Origin: Alphaproteobacteria bacterium
Lineage (GTDB): Bacteria > Pseudomonadota > Alphaproteobacteria > JBMOFM01
Direction: 5' to 3'
NCBI GenBank assembly: GCA_049318825.1
Contig: JBMOFM010000002.1
Coordinates: 20,632-84,631 of the forward strand
DNA: 64,000 nt
Shown here piece after piece: positions 47,818-57,243 of this stretch. Both the position numbers and the translations under genes were made by a program. Within the stretch, counting starts at the first letter, position 1; each line of letters starts with the position of its first letter. The notes under the pieces are model-generated. The model was not told where the DNA came from. It did no database searches and saw nothing but the letters and a program-made list of their open reading frames with translations.

Positions 47818-48600
47818 ATGGATTATTTAGATGATAGTAGGGGCTTTTTGGTGCAAGATTTGCGAAGCACCGCGCAAACTATTATCAGTGAAACTCAAGG
47901 ATTAATGCCTAATCGGTATTTAGATGCAGCCATTGAGAATTTTAATGAACTGTTGAATAGTTTTGAGAATCGTTTTTTGAAAGAACCCAGTTTTCAGCAA
48001 GATCCAGATATTACACCCATCATCGATGGTTTGCAGCAAATGGATGAGGCGTTAAGCCTGCAACAATTGGTGCTGTTTTTTGCCAATGTGCCGGTTGATG
48101 ATGTACCCAATGCTTTTAACGGTGCATTGGATGGTTATAACGGCTATCCCAGAGAAAATACCATCCGAAAAGAAAACACTAAAGAACCAGCAGAATTTTT
48201 GCTATATGATCTGGTGCATAGCTGCACGGAGTTTTATGATAGCTATAGGGATGATTTTGGTGGTTTTGGCAAGCAATTCGTTGATTTAATGCAGCAATTT
48301 AGTCAACGCTATGAGTTAGAGGCTGGTTTTCGGGCGCACCCACAAGTGCAGAAAATGGCGGATCTTATTCGGGAGGGGCTTGAGCAGGAGTTCACCCTTG
48401 AAGATTTAGCTTCAGAGATTGCCAAAAAAATGAGTGAAGCGGACGTAACACCAGCAGATGACATGGTGCGTACTATTAAAAAAGCGCCAGTGACCATAAA
48501 ATCGCCGCTAACAGCCTTATTTAACCAAAATAGCGTGTTGGTGCAATCTCCTCCTCGTTCAACGCCTTCCATTTCGCAAGAACGTGGGTTAATATTTTAG
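47818..48600 (+). CDS. Hypothetical acidic helical orphan protein
   Basis: 260-aa open frame, D/E-rich, no recognised motif. Confidence 0.65.
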   Translation: MDYLDDSRGFLVQDLRSTAQTIISETQGLMPNRYLDAAIENFNELLNSFENRFLKEPSFQQDPDITPIIDGLQQMDEALSLQQLVLFFANVPVDDVPNAFNGALDGYNGYPRENTIRKENTKEPAEFLLYDLVHSCTEFYDSYRDDFGGFGKQFVDLMQQFSQRYELEAGFRAHPQVQKMADLIREGLEQEFTLEDLASEIAKKMSEADVTPADDMVRTIKKAPVTIKSPLTALFNQNSVLVQSPPRSTPSISQERGLIF

Positions 48601-48614
48601 GCGGGATCTTATGG

Positions 48615-49424
48615 CTAGAATAGGTGTTGTTTGGTTTTTTTATTCTTGGGGTTGGCTCGTGTGAGTTCAGAAAAATCCCGCATCAATGATTGATGCAATG
48701 ATTGTAAGCGGGGCGCTTGAGGAAAAAATACATATTGCCCATGGTCTGGGTTAATAATAGGGCAAGCCGATAAAATAAAAGGCAAAGGGCTATGGCGGTG
48801 TTGCTTCAGATTTTGGTATGCATATAGTTTTTCATTCCAGCTATTGGTTTCAAAAGGCATCAGCATTAAGTTATTTTCATTGCCCCCGCCCATAATCCTT
48901 GGTTTGATATGTTCTATCGACCATTGAATATCGTTGGTGAGATGTTGGGGTGGCATGGCTCTATTATCTGTATCTGGCCGATTGCCTTGTAAAAATTTAA
49001 TGGCTGTAGGGCTGAATTTTGCTTCTTGCAATTGCTCTGGAAAATAAGTGGCCAGATTATATAGCCATAATTTTTTGATGGATTTGAATTCTTGATCTAA
49101 GATCTTTTTTTGAACAGGATCAACTGTTTCATTATATAAAAATTGGAAGCGCAGCCCATGGGGTGTTTGGTTTATGTGTTGAATGAGTCTTGCATTCATT
49201 TGTTCAAAAAAACTCAGTAACACAGCGTTAGTATGATCCCCAAAATAAGTGTGCTCGCTATATAATTGATGCACGGCCCATTGAAGGGCGGGAAGATTTC
49301 TTTTATGGAGACTATGTAATCCAGGGTTACGCTGGGAAGCCTTATAAAGAAGCTGGCCAATAGCAGGAGGCCGGCCATTGAAAAGCTGGGTGATGGATGA
49401 TGGGCTATAAAGCTGGTGCTGCAC
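48615..49424 (-). CDS. HNH endonuclease-like protein, paralog 2
   Basis: WSIEHIKPRIMGGGNENNLMLMPFETN. Confidence 0.72.
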   Translation of the reverse strand: MQHQLYSPSSITQLFNGRPPAIGQLLYKASQRNPGLHSLHKRNLPALQWAVHQLYSEHTYFGDHTNAVLLSFFEQMNARLIQHINQTPHGLRFQFLYNETVDPVQKKILDQEFKSIKKLWLYNLATYFPEQLQEAKFSPTAIKFLQGNRPDTDNRAMPPQHLTNDIQWSIEHIKPRIMGGGNENNLMLMPFETNSWNEKLYAYQNLKQHRHSPLPFILSACPIINPDHGQYVFFPQAPRLQSLHQSLMRDFSELTRANPKNKKTKQHLF

Positions 49425-49429
49425 CTTGG

Positions 49430-50350
49430 TTAGATTCTCCCCATGCGGCGTTGCTGTTTAGGAGCGTGCTGGCGATGATGATAGGAATTTTTCATCGGTT
49501 TTTTTATTTTGGGTTGCTCCGTCGGTTCTTCAATCAGCGATGCTTTATCAGCCGCCGGCTGGGCTGAGTTAAATACCACACAGCCCTGTTGGGGGCTATA
49601 TGTTGGTTCTGCCAACAACACCAAAGCATTAGACGCTGTTGCCCCCAAACCATTAGCATTTTGTAACGACATCGCCCATTGATTATAACGTGTTTCCATT
49701 AATATCAGATTGCCATCATCATTATTGCCGCCATAAGCACGGGGGAAAATATGTTCAACCGACCATTTTTTGCCATTGGTTAAATCAGTGTTGGGTAATT
49801 TCCCCTCTTCTTTCAGATATTCAATAGCTTCTTCCGTAAAACCGGCCTCTAATAATTGTTCAGGAAAATCTTCTGCAATATTTTGTAACCAGTCGGCCTT
49901 GGCTATTCGATCAAATTCGGTATCCACTATTTTACGTTGAGCAGCGCCGCAATAATCAACGCGGGTGAAATATAAAGTAAAACCATTAGGGGTATTATTA
50001 AGGGCTTCAATAAATGGCTTCTCCACCCGCAATAGCGATTTCATGAGCGCATAATCAACATCCACTAATGTTTCAGCCAATTCATAAAAATTATCCCGCG
50101 CCTGCATGATGGCTGCATTTAATGCCTGATGACCATTATCATTTAATAGTTTTTTCCATAAGCGGTTTTTGGTTTCAAGATTGGGGTATTTTTCACCAAA
50201 ACGCTCTTCTTTTTGCCCAAAAGCATTGTTATTAAAAAGCACAGCAAGGGGCGATTCACCCTTAGCAAAAAACTGATGAGGATCAGAATTCATGAAGATG
50301 CCCTTTATGGTTGCTTTATGTGAATGGAGGCGTGTTTTTTGGTTATTCAA
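49430..50350 (-). CDS. HNH endonuclease-like protein, paralog 1
   Basis: WSVEHIFPRAYGGNNDDGNLILMETRYN; start may be the ATG at 50293. Confidence 0.75.
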   Translation of the reverse strand: MNNQKTRLHSHKATIKGIFMNSDPHQFFAKGESPLAVLFNNNAFGQKEERFGEKYPNLETKNRLWKKLLNDNGHQALNAAIMQARDNFYELAETLVDVDYALMKSLLRVEKPFIEALNNTPNGFTLYFTRVDYCGAAQRKIVDTEFDRIAKADWLQNIAEDFPEQLLEAGFTEEAIEYLKEEGKLPNTDLTNGKKWSVEHIFPRAYGGNNDDGNLILMETRYNQWAMSLQNANGLGATASNALVLLAEPTYSPQQGCVVFNSAQPAADKASLIEEPTEQPKIKKPMKNSYHHRQHAPKQQRRMGRI

Positions 50351-50401
50351 TCTAATATTTGTAAAAATATAGATATAAAAATAAAAAAAACCAAGTAAAG
50401 C

Positions 50402-50431
50402 GCACTCTACCAGCCTATGACGGTAGAGTGC
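50402..50431 (-). terminator. Hairpin after atpF flanked by 10-bp direct repeats
   Basis: gcactctacc/ggtagagtgc stem; agtaaagcgc at 50394-50403 and 50432-50441. Confidence 0.6.
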
Positions 50432-50440
50432 AGTAAAGCG

Positions 50441-51010
50441 CTATTTTTTTGCTAATACGGAAATAATGGATTGTTCAGCCTGCTGTGTAAGCGATTGGTT
50501 GGCCGCTGTATCATTAGCTGTTTCACTGATAATTAAACGTGTGGCTTTCAAGCTTACAGAAACCATGGCTTCATTAATTTCGTGAATGGCAGATTTTTTA
50601 ATGTGTTCAACATCATTTTTCAATTTTATTTCACGATTATGGGCATAATTTTCAAAATCTTTAATGGCATCCTCACGCAAGGCCGCCATTTCTTTGATGT
50701 GGCTGGTTTTGATTTCTTCTGCATCTTGCATCGCCGCTTCATACAACGCTTCTTGCTTTTGCAAGGATTCTTCTGCTTGTTTTTTGAGAGAAGCAGCTTC
50801 TTCTAGCTGTTTTCTGATCGCATCAATGCGCCCATCCAACATGCCCAATATCGCTTTTTTAGCTGGCTTCCATGCAATAATTACTAAAATAGCCATGGCC
50901 ACGGCCAGCCAAATTTGCACCGGCCAATGCTCGGCATGATGCGCAGCAGCCCCATGGGTGGTTGCGGTTTCTTCTGCTGCTACGGCAGCCTTAATCAGCC
51001 AGTCACTCAT
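50441..51010 (-). CDS. atpF: ATP synthase F0 subunit b
   Basis: TM then LD.RID.IR.QLEEA..L coiled coil; last gene of the atpBEF'F run; ATG overlaps the upstream stop. Confidence 0.88.
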   Translation of the reverse strand: MSDWLIKAAVAAEETATTHGAAAHHAEHWPVQIWLAVAMAILVIIAWKPAKKAILGMLDGRIDAIRKQLEEAASLKKQAEESLQKQEALYEAAMQDAEEIKTSHIKEMAALREDAIKDFENYAHNREIKLKNDVEHIKKSAIHEINEAMVSVSLKATRLIISETANDTAANQSLTQQAEQSIISVLAKK

Positions 51011-51519
51011 GCTGCTTCCTTCCATCCTGCTTGCCATTCGCGTAATGAAGAACCCACGGCTAGACGCAGCTTCTCTTCTGTTACTTGTTGGCCCGTCAGC
51101 TGTTTTAATATGGCGGCTGTTACATCAACCGCATGGGTTTCTATTTCTTGCAAGGCACTCTCCCGTGCTTGATTAACAGCGGAACGGGTGGCTTGCAGTT
51201 GAGCCTCAATTTTTTTCTCTAGCTGCAATTTACGCTGGGTAATATCGGCTTCCACTTGCTTAATCACCTGCTGAAATTCTTGCTGAAACTCAGCATGCAT
51301 CACCGTCAGCCTTTGTTGATAGGAAGCGGCCAACATTTCAGCTTGCTGGTTATCTTGTTCTGCCGAAGCTAAATCCGCCGCAATAATTGCCGATCGATTT
51401 TTAAGAACAGCATTAACAACTGGTAAAGCGCGGCGGGTCATCAAGCGGAAAAAAACGCCAAAAACCAATATAAGCCAGAAAATCTGACTTAAAAAATGAG
51501 CAGGATCAAACTGCGGCAT
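51007..51519 (-). CDS. ATP synthase F0 subunit b'
   Basis: MPQFDP..F.SQIFWL, LP.V..VL..R...I..DL..A. Confidence 0.9.
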   Translation of the reverse strand: MPQFDPAHFLSQIFWLILVFGVFFRLMTRRALPVVNAVLKNRSAIIAADLASAEQDNQQAEMLAASYQQRLTVMHAEFQQEFQQVIKQVEADITQRKLQLEKKIEAQLQATRSAVNQARESALQEIETHAVDVTAAILKQLTGQQVTEEKLRLAVGSSLREWQAGWKEAA

Positions 51520-51629
51520 AAATTGAACATCCTTAGTTTCTTGTGATGGATATATATAAAATAAACACCAAACAAAAAAATTCCCCAAAACATATTTTGT
51601 TATTCAATCTGTTATTGGGGTTTTTTAAG

Positions 51630-51650
51630 TTGGGGGCAAAAAGCCCCCAA
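51630..51650 (-). terminator. Hairpin after atpE (partial terminator or mRNA-stabilising element)
   Basis: ttgggggc-aaaaa-gcccccaa. Confidence 0.6.
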
Positions 51651-51660
51651 TTTGACTGTA

Positions 51661-51894
51661 CTAGCTGAAAAGAATCATCAAGCCAAGCAAGAAGGCGAAC
51701 AAAGCAATAGCTTCAGTCACCGCAAAGCCGATGAAGATACCAGGGCCAATATGTTCTTTGGCGGCTGGGTTACGGGCAATGGCTTGAAAGTAGTTTGCCC
51801 AAACATTACCAACAGCAAGACCTGGACCAATCATGGCCAAAGCAGCCAAGCCAGCACCGATATATTTCAGGGCTTCGAGAGAGTGACCTTCCAT
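51661..51894 (-). CDS. atpE: ATP synthase F0 subunit c
   Basis: IGAGLA, ARNP, FAVTEA with the essential Glu. Confidence 0.96.
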   Translation of the reverse strand: MEGHSLEALKYIGAGLAALAMIGPGLAVGNVWANYFQAIARNPAAKEHIGPGIFIGFAVTEAIALFAFLLGLMILFS

Positions 51895-51955
51895 TTTATT
51901 CTCCTTAACATATAAAAATTAAACTAAAAACTTATTATCCCTGCTGTTGTTTCTG

Positions 51956-52684
51956 TTAATGAAGCTCTAATGCTTCATGCAGATAAACACAGGTTAAAAT
52001 GGCAAATACATAGGCTTGAATAAATGCAATCAAAAACTCAAGCGCTGTGATGCTGACCAAAAATAAAACAGGCAACACACCAAACACACCCAACATGGCC
52101 ACAAAGCCACCAACTACCTTTAGCATCATGTGCCCAACGGTCATGTTAGCAAATAAACGAACCGCCAACGATACAGGACGTGACAGGTAAGAAATAACTT
52201 CAACGGGGATAAGGATAATACCCACCCACCATGGCGCACCAGATGGAAAAAATAGGCTAAAAAAGTGCCAACCGTGGCGCACCAAACCAATAACCAGTAC
52301 GCTTAAAAAAACAGCAAAAGCCATGGCAAAAGTGATAATGATCTGGCTGGTGAAGGTAAAACCACCCGGAATCATGCCCAATAAGTTACCAAATAACACA
52401 AACAAATAAAGGCATAAAATGGCGGGCATGTATTTATAACCATGCTCGCCCACATTTTGATCCACCATTTTGGCAATCATGCCATGAAAATATTCAGGAA
52501 TCATCTGCCATCTGCTAGGAACAAGATGACGACCGCGCATGCCATAAAAAAACATCAGGAAAGCAGAGGCAGCAGCCAAGGTCATGAAGAGGGCGGAATT
52601 TGAATAAGAAAGATCAATCCCCAAAGAAGGAATTCCAATTTGAATAATTGGTTTGATAACAAACTGCTCCTGTGGACTGGCCAC
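51956..52684 (-). CDS. atpB: ATP synthase F0 subunit a
   Basis: NLLGMIP, RPVSLAVRLFANM.VGH, LE..IAFIQAYVF..L...Y; GTG start 52684 with AAGGAG RBS. Confidence 0.96.
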   Translation of the reverse strand: MASPQEQFVIKPIIQIGIPSLGIDLSYSNSALFMTLAAASAFLMFFYGMRGRHLVPSRWQMIPEYFHGMIAKMVDQNVGEHGYKYMPAILCLYLFVLFGNLLGMIPGGFTFTSQIIITFAMAFAVFLSVLVIGLVRHGWHFFSLFFPSGAPWWVGIILIPVEVISYLSRPVSLAVRLFANMTVGHMMLKVVGGFVAMLGVFGVLPVLFLVSITALEFLIAFIQAYVFAILTCVYLHEALELH

Positions 52685-52879
52685 TGACAACTCCTTGAAA
52701 AATGCATACACGAAATTATTAAGTGGCTATCTAGCAGATTTTTATCCAAAGCGGCATGCGGCATAACGCAAAAAAACTGCTCCTTTATGTTGCAGGCGGC
52801 ATAGAGGAGTGGTTTATTATGTTTTTTTAGAATGAAATCTAATGATTGGGTGATAATTGTGAGTTCAATTGATGCTATC

Positions 52880-53953
52880 ATGGCATGGACAGAAGGTCAT
52901 GAAGTCGATACACGCTACTATTTGAAACCAGTTTCTGTGTGCGGGGCTGCTTCTTTTATCGGCGCCACGCCGCTGGGTGGATCGCCCGTAGGCTGTATGG
53001 ATGTAGAAGTTATTGCGCGCACGCCCGCTGGTAAAATCAGCCGCCGCTATTCCCCCATGGAAGGGTTGGTGGCACTGCCAAGGCTGCGTGAAACTCTTAT
53101 TCGCTACGGGGCGCCGCGGCCTGTTGTGGCAGGGTTGGATGTGAATAATGGCATGGTGATCATGGGGGTGGTGAATGTAACCCCTGATAGTTTTTCTGAT
53201 GGTGGGATGTATCATCAAGCCAAAGCCGCTATCGATCATGCTAGATTATTGATGGATGAAGGGGCTGATATATTGGATATTGGCGGCGAATCAACCCGCC
53301 CGGGGGCACTACCCATATCGGCAGAAGAACAAATGGCGCGCATCTTGCCGGTGATTGAAGCGGTGGCTGTTGAAGCTAAAGAAAGAAACATCCTTATTTC
53401 TGTGGATACACAAAGCGCTGTGGTGATGAAGGCGGCCATTGATGCTGGGGCTCATATCATGAATGATGTATCGGCCTTGGTTGGGGATGAAAATAGCACA
53501 AGATTGCTGGCTAATAGTAATGTTCCCGCCATTATCATGCATATGCAAAAACAACCCTCCATTATGCAGCAACAGCCCAATTACGAGAATGTGGTGCTGG
53601 ATATTTATGATTTTTTGGCTGAAAAAATAAAAGCTGCTCAGGAACAGGGCGTTACCATTTTGGCGGCTGATGTGGGCATTGGTTTTGGTAAGTCCTTAAG
53701 TCACAATCTCGATTTATTGGCCTCTATTGGTGTGTTTCATGGTTTGGGGGTGCCGCTATTGTTAGGATGCTCGCGTAAAAGCTTTATTGGCGCGCTCAGT
53801 GGTGCGGATGATAGCCGTGAGCGCTTGGGTGGTTCATTAGCCTCGGCTTTATGGGCGGCTGGCCAAGGGGTGCACATTATTCGGGTGCATGATGTGGCTC
53901 AAACCAGACAGGCTTTAACCATATGGCAGGCTATTCAAAATCCCGTGGCTTGA
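52880..53953 (+). CDS. folP: Dihydropteroate synthase with N-terminal extension
   Basis: MGVVNVTPDSFSDGG, DIGGESTRPG, D.GIGFGK, SRKSFI, RVHDV; start approximate. Confidence 0.95.
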   Translation: MAWTEGHEVDTRYYLKPVSVCGAASFIGATPLGGSPVGCMDVEVIARTPAGKISRRYSPMEGLVALPRLRETLIRYGAPRPVVAGLDVNNGMVIMGVVNVTPDSFSDGGMYHQAKAAIDHARLLMDEGADILDIGGESTRPGALPISAEEQMARILPVIEAVAVEAKERNILISVDTQSAVVMKAAIDAGAHIMNDVSALVGDENSTRLLANSNVPAIIMHMQKQPSIMQQQPNYENVVLDIYDFLAEKIKAAQEQGVTILAADVGIGFGKSLSHNLDLLASIGVFHGLGVPLLLGCSRKSFIGALSGADDSRERLGGSLASALWAAGQGVHIIRVHDVAQTRQALTIWQAIQNPVA

Positions 53954-54003
53954 TCGATGGTGACCCCGCCAATAATATCATCTTTTATGAAAAATAACCC
54001 CTG

Positions 54004-54390
54004 ATGAAAAAAAATCGAAAAGAGCGCGTATTGTCGTTAATTCAAGCCAGTGATACCCCATTAACGGCCTATGATATTCTTGATAAAATGAAAATAGAGG
54101 GGGTGAGGGCACCACCAACCATCTATCGTATCCTTTCACAATTGCTGGAAGATGGCGCTGTACACCGCTTAGAATCGCTCAATGCCTTTGTTGCCTGCGG
54201 CAAAAAAGACCATGACCATTCAGGATATTTTACTATTTGTCTAAAATGCTGTAAAACAACAGAGTTTTCTAGTGAATCCATAGATTCTAGCCTGAAAGAA
54301 TTACTGGCGGTGAGCGGATTCACGGTGAAGCAGGTGGCTTTAGAAGTTAGCGGCGTTTGCGCTGATTGTAGGGCTTCTGTTGAGTGTTAA
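54004..54390 (+). CDS. zur: Fur-family regulator, Zur type
   Basis: AYDIL, APPTIYR.L..L, VHRLESLNAFVAC, C..C, C..C. Confidence 0.85.
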   Translation: MKKNRKERVLSLIQASDTPLTAYDILDKMKIEGVRAPPTIYRILSQLLEDGAVHRLESLNAFVACGKKDHDHSGYFTICLKCCKTTEFSSESIDSSLKELLAVSGFTVKQVALEVSGVCADCRASVEC

Positions 54391-55460
54391 TTTTACAGTT
54401 GGGTGGGCTATTGTCTTTTCCTTTATATAAACGCAAATCTCTAATCTTAATGATGGGGGATTATGGGGCGGGTAAAACCCGTGTTATACAACGGTTACTT
54501 TCTTTTTTGGGGCATGAAGCTGCTGCGTTAATGGATAATGGGCAGGGTTTTTTGGGCGCTGGTTCAGATATGGGCGCGGCCATCGACCATTTGCACATTA
54601 ATAACCAATGTTTTTCTGGTGATATTAACCGGCTATTGCCCCTTTTATCCCATAAAGACAACATTACTCGGTTAGTGGTAGAGTTGCATCCTGCGCGGCC
54701 ATTGGCTGGTGTGGTAAATGATGTGTTGGATGGAAAATTGGGGGATTACCGCCTAGATCGGGTGGTAGGGGTGGTATGCTTAAGCGATTTATTATTGTTG
54801 ATTAATCAACAGCGTGAAGCAGCCATGCTTTCTAGGGATTCATTAAAATTATGCAGCGATATATTATTGGTTCATGATCAAGACCCCCATGCTGAATATT
54901 TGCAAAAGGCTATAGACGTGTTGGCAAAAAATTGTCCACGGGCGCGCATTTCTTCTTTTCATCTCTCGCAAGATTATACGGTTGTAAAAGGCTTAAAATG
55001 GGCCAGTGCTTTATTAAATGCGCCACCTTTTAGCCCAGAGCATTGTGGCTTAGATGCCCGAATTTATTTAGCCAAAAGCCGTGCAGAGGCTAAACAATAT
55101 CGCTTATTGCATGAGGCCAAGCAACATCAGGTGCATGGTGTACGGCAATTGCCTTTTTCCACCGCTGAATATGCAAGATTGCTGGAATTGTTAAAGCTGG
55201 CACGGGCAGGTGGCTTAGTGCGCGCAAAGGGCGAAATTATTTTGGAAGGTGGGGTGGTGCATTCACTGTACATTACCGCCAGAAGAAGCCATGAGCAAAC
55301 TATTTTGGGTAAAGCTTGCGATTCTATTGTGAGCATGGTATTTGATGGTGATGCCCGCCACCATATTAATCGCTTATGGGATTTATGGTGGCCCAATGGT
55401 TTGGAAAGCAGCGAATATAAATTATTACATGAAAAACAACGACTACGGGCTTCGGCATGA
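54384..55460 (+). CDS. Divergent CobW/COG0523-like P-loop protein
   Basis: [21 protein letters not shown]; metal and G4 motifs degenerate. Confidence 0.6.
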   Translation: MLILQLGGLLSFPLYKRKSLILMMGDYGAGKTRVIQRLLSFLGHEAAALMDNGQGFLGAGSDMGAAIDHLHINNQCFSGDINRLLPLLSHKDNITRLVVELHPARPLAGVVNDVLDGKLGDYRLDRVVGVVCLSDLLLLINQQREAAMLSRDSLKLCSDILLVHDQDPHAEYLQKAIDVLAKNCPRARISSFHLSQDYTVVKGLKWASALLNAPPFSPEHCGLDARIYLAKSRAEAKQYRLLHEAKQHQVHGVRQLPFSTAEYARLLELLKLARAGGLVRAKGEIILEGGVVHSLYITARRSHEQTILGKACDSIVSMVFDGDARHHINRLWDLWWPNGLESSEYKLLHEKQRLRASA

Positions 55461-55822
55461 GTATTGATCATGTGCATAATATTAATCAAGCAACCCTTGA
55501 TGCTTTAGCGTGGAACGAGCAAGGCTTATTGCCAGCTATTGCGCAATGCGCTGACACTGGCAAGGTGTTGATGTTGGCATGGGTGAATAAGCAATCTTTA
55601 GCGTTAAGCATAGAGAAAAAATTGGCGGTGTATTGGTCGCGTTCACGCCGTGGCTTATGGATTAAGGGCGAAACCTCTGGCCATTACCAGCATTTACAAC
55701 GCATCGATATAGATTGTGATAGCGACGCTATATTATTCACGGTAAAACAAGTGGGGCCTGCCTGTCATACGGGTGCATTAAGCTGCTTTTTTTCACCGCT
55801 TGCAGTTTTTGTTGCCGAATAA
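55457..55822 (+). CDS. hisI: Phosphoribosyl-AMP cyclohydrolase
   Basis: GL.PAIAQ, VLMLAW, YWSRSR..LW.KGETSG, DCDSD, ACHTG..SCF. Confidence 0.95.
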   Translation: MSIDHVHNINQATLDALAWNEQGLLPAIAQCADTGKVLMLAWVNKQSLALSIEKKLAVYWSRSRRGLWIKGETSGHYQHLQRIDIDCDSDAILFTVKQVGPACHTGALSCFFSPLAVFVAE

Positions 55823-55828
55823 TCATAA

Positions 55829-55845
55829 ATAGTGTCGTAAAATTC
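55829..55845. repeat. Solo copy of the terminal repeat of the 150-bp element
   Basis: atagtgtcgtaaaattc, 16/17 identical to atagtgtcgtcaaattc. Confidence 0.5.
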
Positions 55846-55854
55846 CCTACAGTT

Positions 55855-57240
55855 TTATGGCGTGGTAGTTTTTTTCCAACCGCCCCCCATCGCGCGAAAT
55901 AAATCAACACTGGCCGCTAGCCTTTGGGCGCGTGCTTCTATTTGAGCGTCCTTAGCTTGTAATAGGCTGCGCTGGGCATCTAACAAAGTAATGCCATCAA
56001 TGGCGCCCGCTTCAAAACGTATATGGCTAGCATTATAAGCTGTTTGCGCTGCTTTTACGGCTTCATTCAGGCTTTCTTCCCGTAATTTCTGGGTTTTTAC
56101 CGCCATCAGAGCATTTTCAGTTTCGCTATAAGCCGTGAGTATGGTTTTACGATATTGAGCCGCTAATTCTTTTTGGCGTGCCGTGGCTTTTTCTATGCCA
56201 GCGTCAATCCTGCCATGGGTAAAAAGTGGCAGGGCAATAGAAGCTGCCAGTGAAGAAATAGTAGCCGCAGGAGCAGAAGCGGGATTGGCCACCAATGCCG
56301 TGCTGGCATCAAGGGTTAAGCTGGGGAAAAAAGCAGCCCGCGCCACGCCAATATCAAAATTGGCGGCTTGTAGGGCGGCCTCTGCTTGGGCTATATCGGG
56401 GCGGCGGCACAACCACTCGGCGGGCATGGTGGTGGGTACGGTGGGCGGGGTTAAATCCTGCAGCTTCTCGGTTTTATATTGCAATTCAAATATTGAAGCT
56501 GGGCTACCCAATAACAGAGCCAGTGCATTGCGTACGTTTTCTTGCTGTTGTTGCAGAGCCAGAAGCGATGCTTTGCTGTTGCTCACAAAATTTTCTTGCT
56601 GTGCTACCTCTAAGGCGGATAAGGAGCCACTTTCTTTGCGAATACGCAAAATGCGCAATACATCGCGCGCATTATTGAGGTTTTCTTCAGCAATGCGCAC
56701 CCGTTCATTAAAGGCAAGCAGGTTGAAATAGGCCTCAGCGGTTTGGGCATTAAGGGCAAGCCTTATTGCCTCGCTATCATATTCACTGGCTTTGCTTTGC
56801 CATAAAGCGGCCCGTTCTGCATCATGATTTTTGCCAAATAAATCCACCTCATAAGCGGCTTGAAAACCACCACGATAGCTATTTTGGGTGGTGGATTGTT
56901 TTGAATGGCTGGCAAAATTACGGCTGCTATTACCATTGGCGGTAATTTCTGGCCATAAGGGGGCGCTGGCAATATGGGCGCTGGCTTTGCTTTGTTCCAG
57001 CCGCGCTAGGGCAGCTTGTAAATCTGGGTTATCAACTTCTGTTTTGGCCAATAGTAAGGGGATTTCGCGGCTGCCAAATTCGTGCCACCAACGGCCATCA
57101 TTGGCAGGCATGTTGGCTTTATTGGCGGCTTCTGGGGTGTTACGCCATGTGGGCGGCGTGTTGATGGAGGGGGTTTGCAATACAGGCGATAGCGAACAAC
57201 CAGAGGCTAGCATCATGGTGAATAAAACTGTTTTTTTCAT
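55855..57240 (-). CDS. Outer membrane efflux lipoprotein (TolC/NodT family)
   Basis: Lipobox LASGC, WW..F, NPDL..A, YE.DLFG, RRPDI..AE, LFRAMGGGW. Confidence 0.92.
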   Translation of the reverse strand: MKKTVLFTMMLASGCSLSPVLQTPSINTPPTWRNTPEAANKANMPANDGRWWHEFGSREIPLLLAKTEVDNPDLQAALARLEQSKASAHIASAPLWPEITANGNSSRNFASHSKQSTTQNSYRGGFQAAYEVDLFGKNHDAERAALWQSKASEYDSEAIRLALNAQTAEAYFNLLAFNERVRIAEENLNNARDVLRILRIRKESGSLSALEVAQQENFVSNSKASLLALQQQQENVRNALALLLGSPASIFELQYKTEKLQDLTPPTVPTTMPAEWLCRRPDIAQAEAALQAANFDIGVARAAFFPSLTLDASTALVANPASAPAATISSLAASIALPLFTHGRIDAGIEKATARQKELAAQYRKTILTAYSETENALMAVKTQKLREESLNEAVKAAQTAYNASHIRFEAGAIDGITLLDAQRSLLQAKDAQIEARAQRLAASVDLFRAMGGGWKKTTTP

Positions 57241-57243
57241 TTT

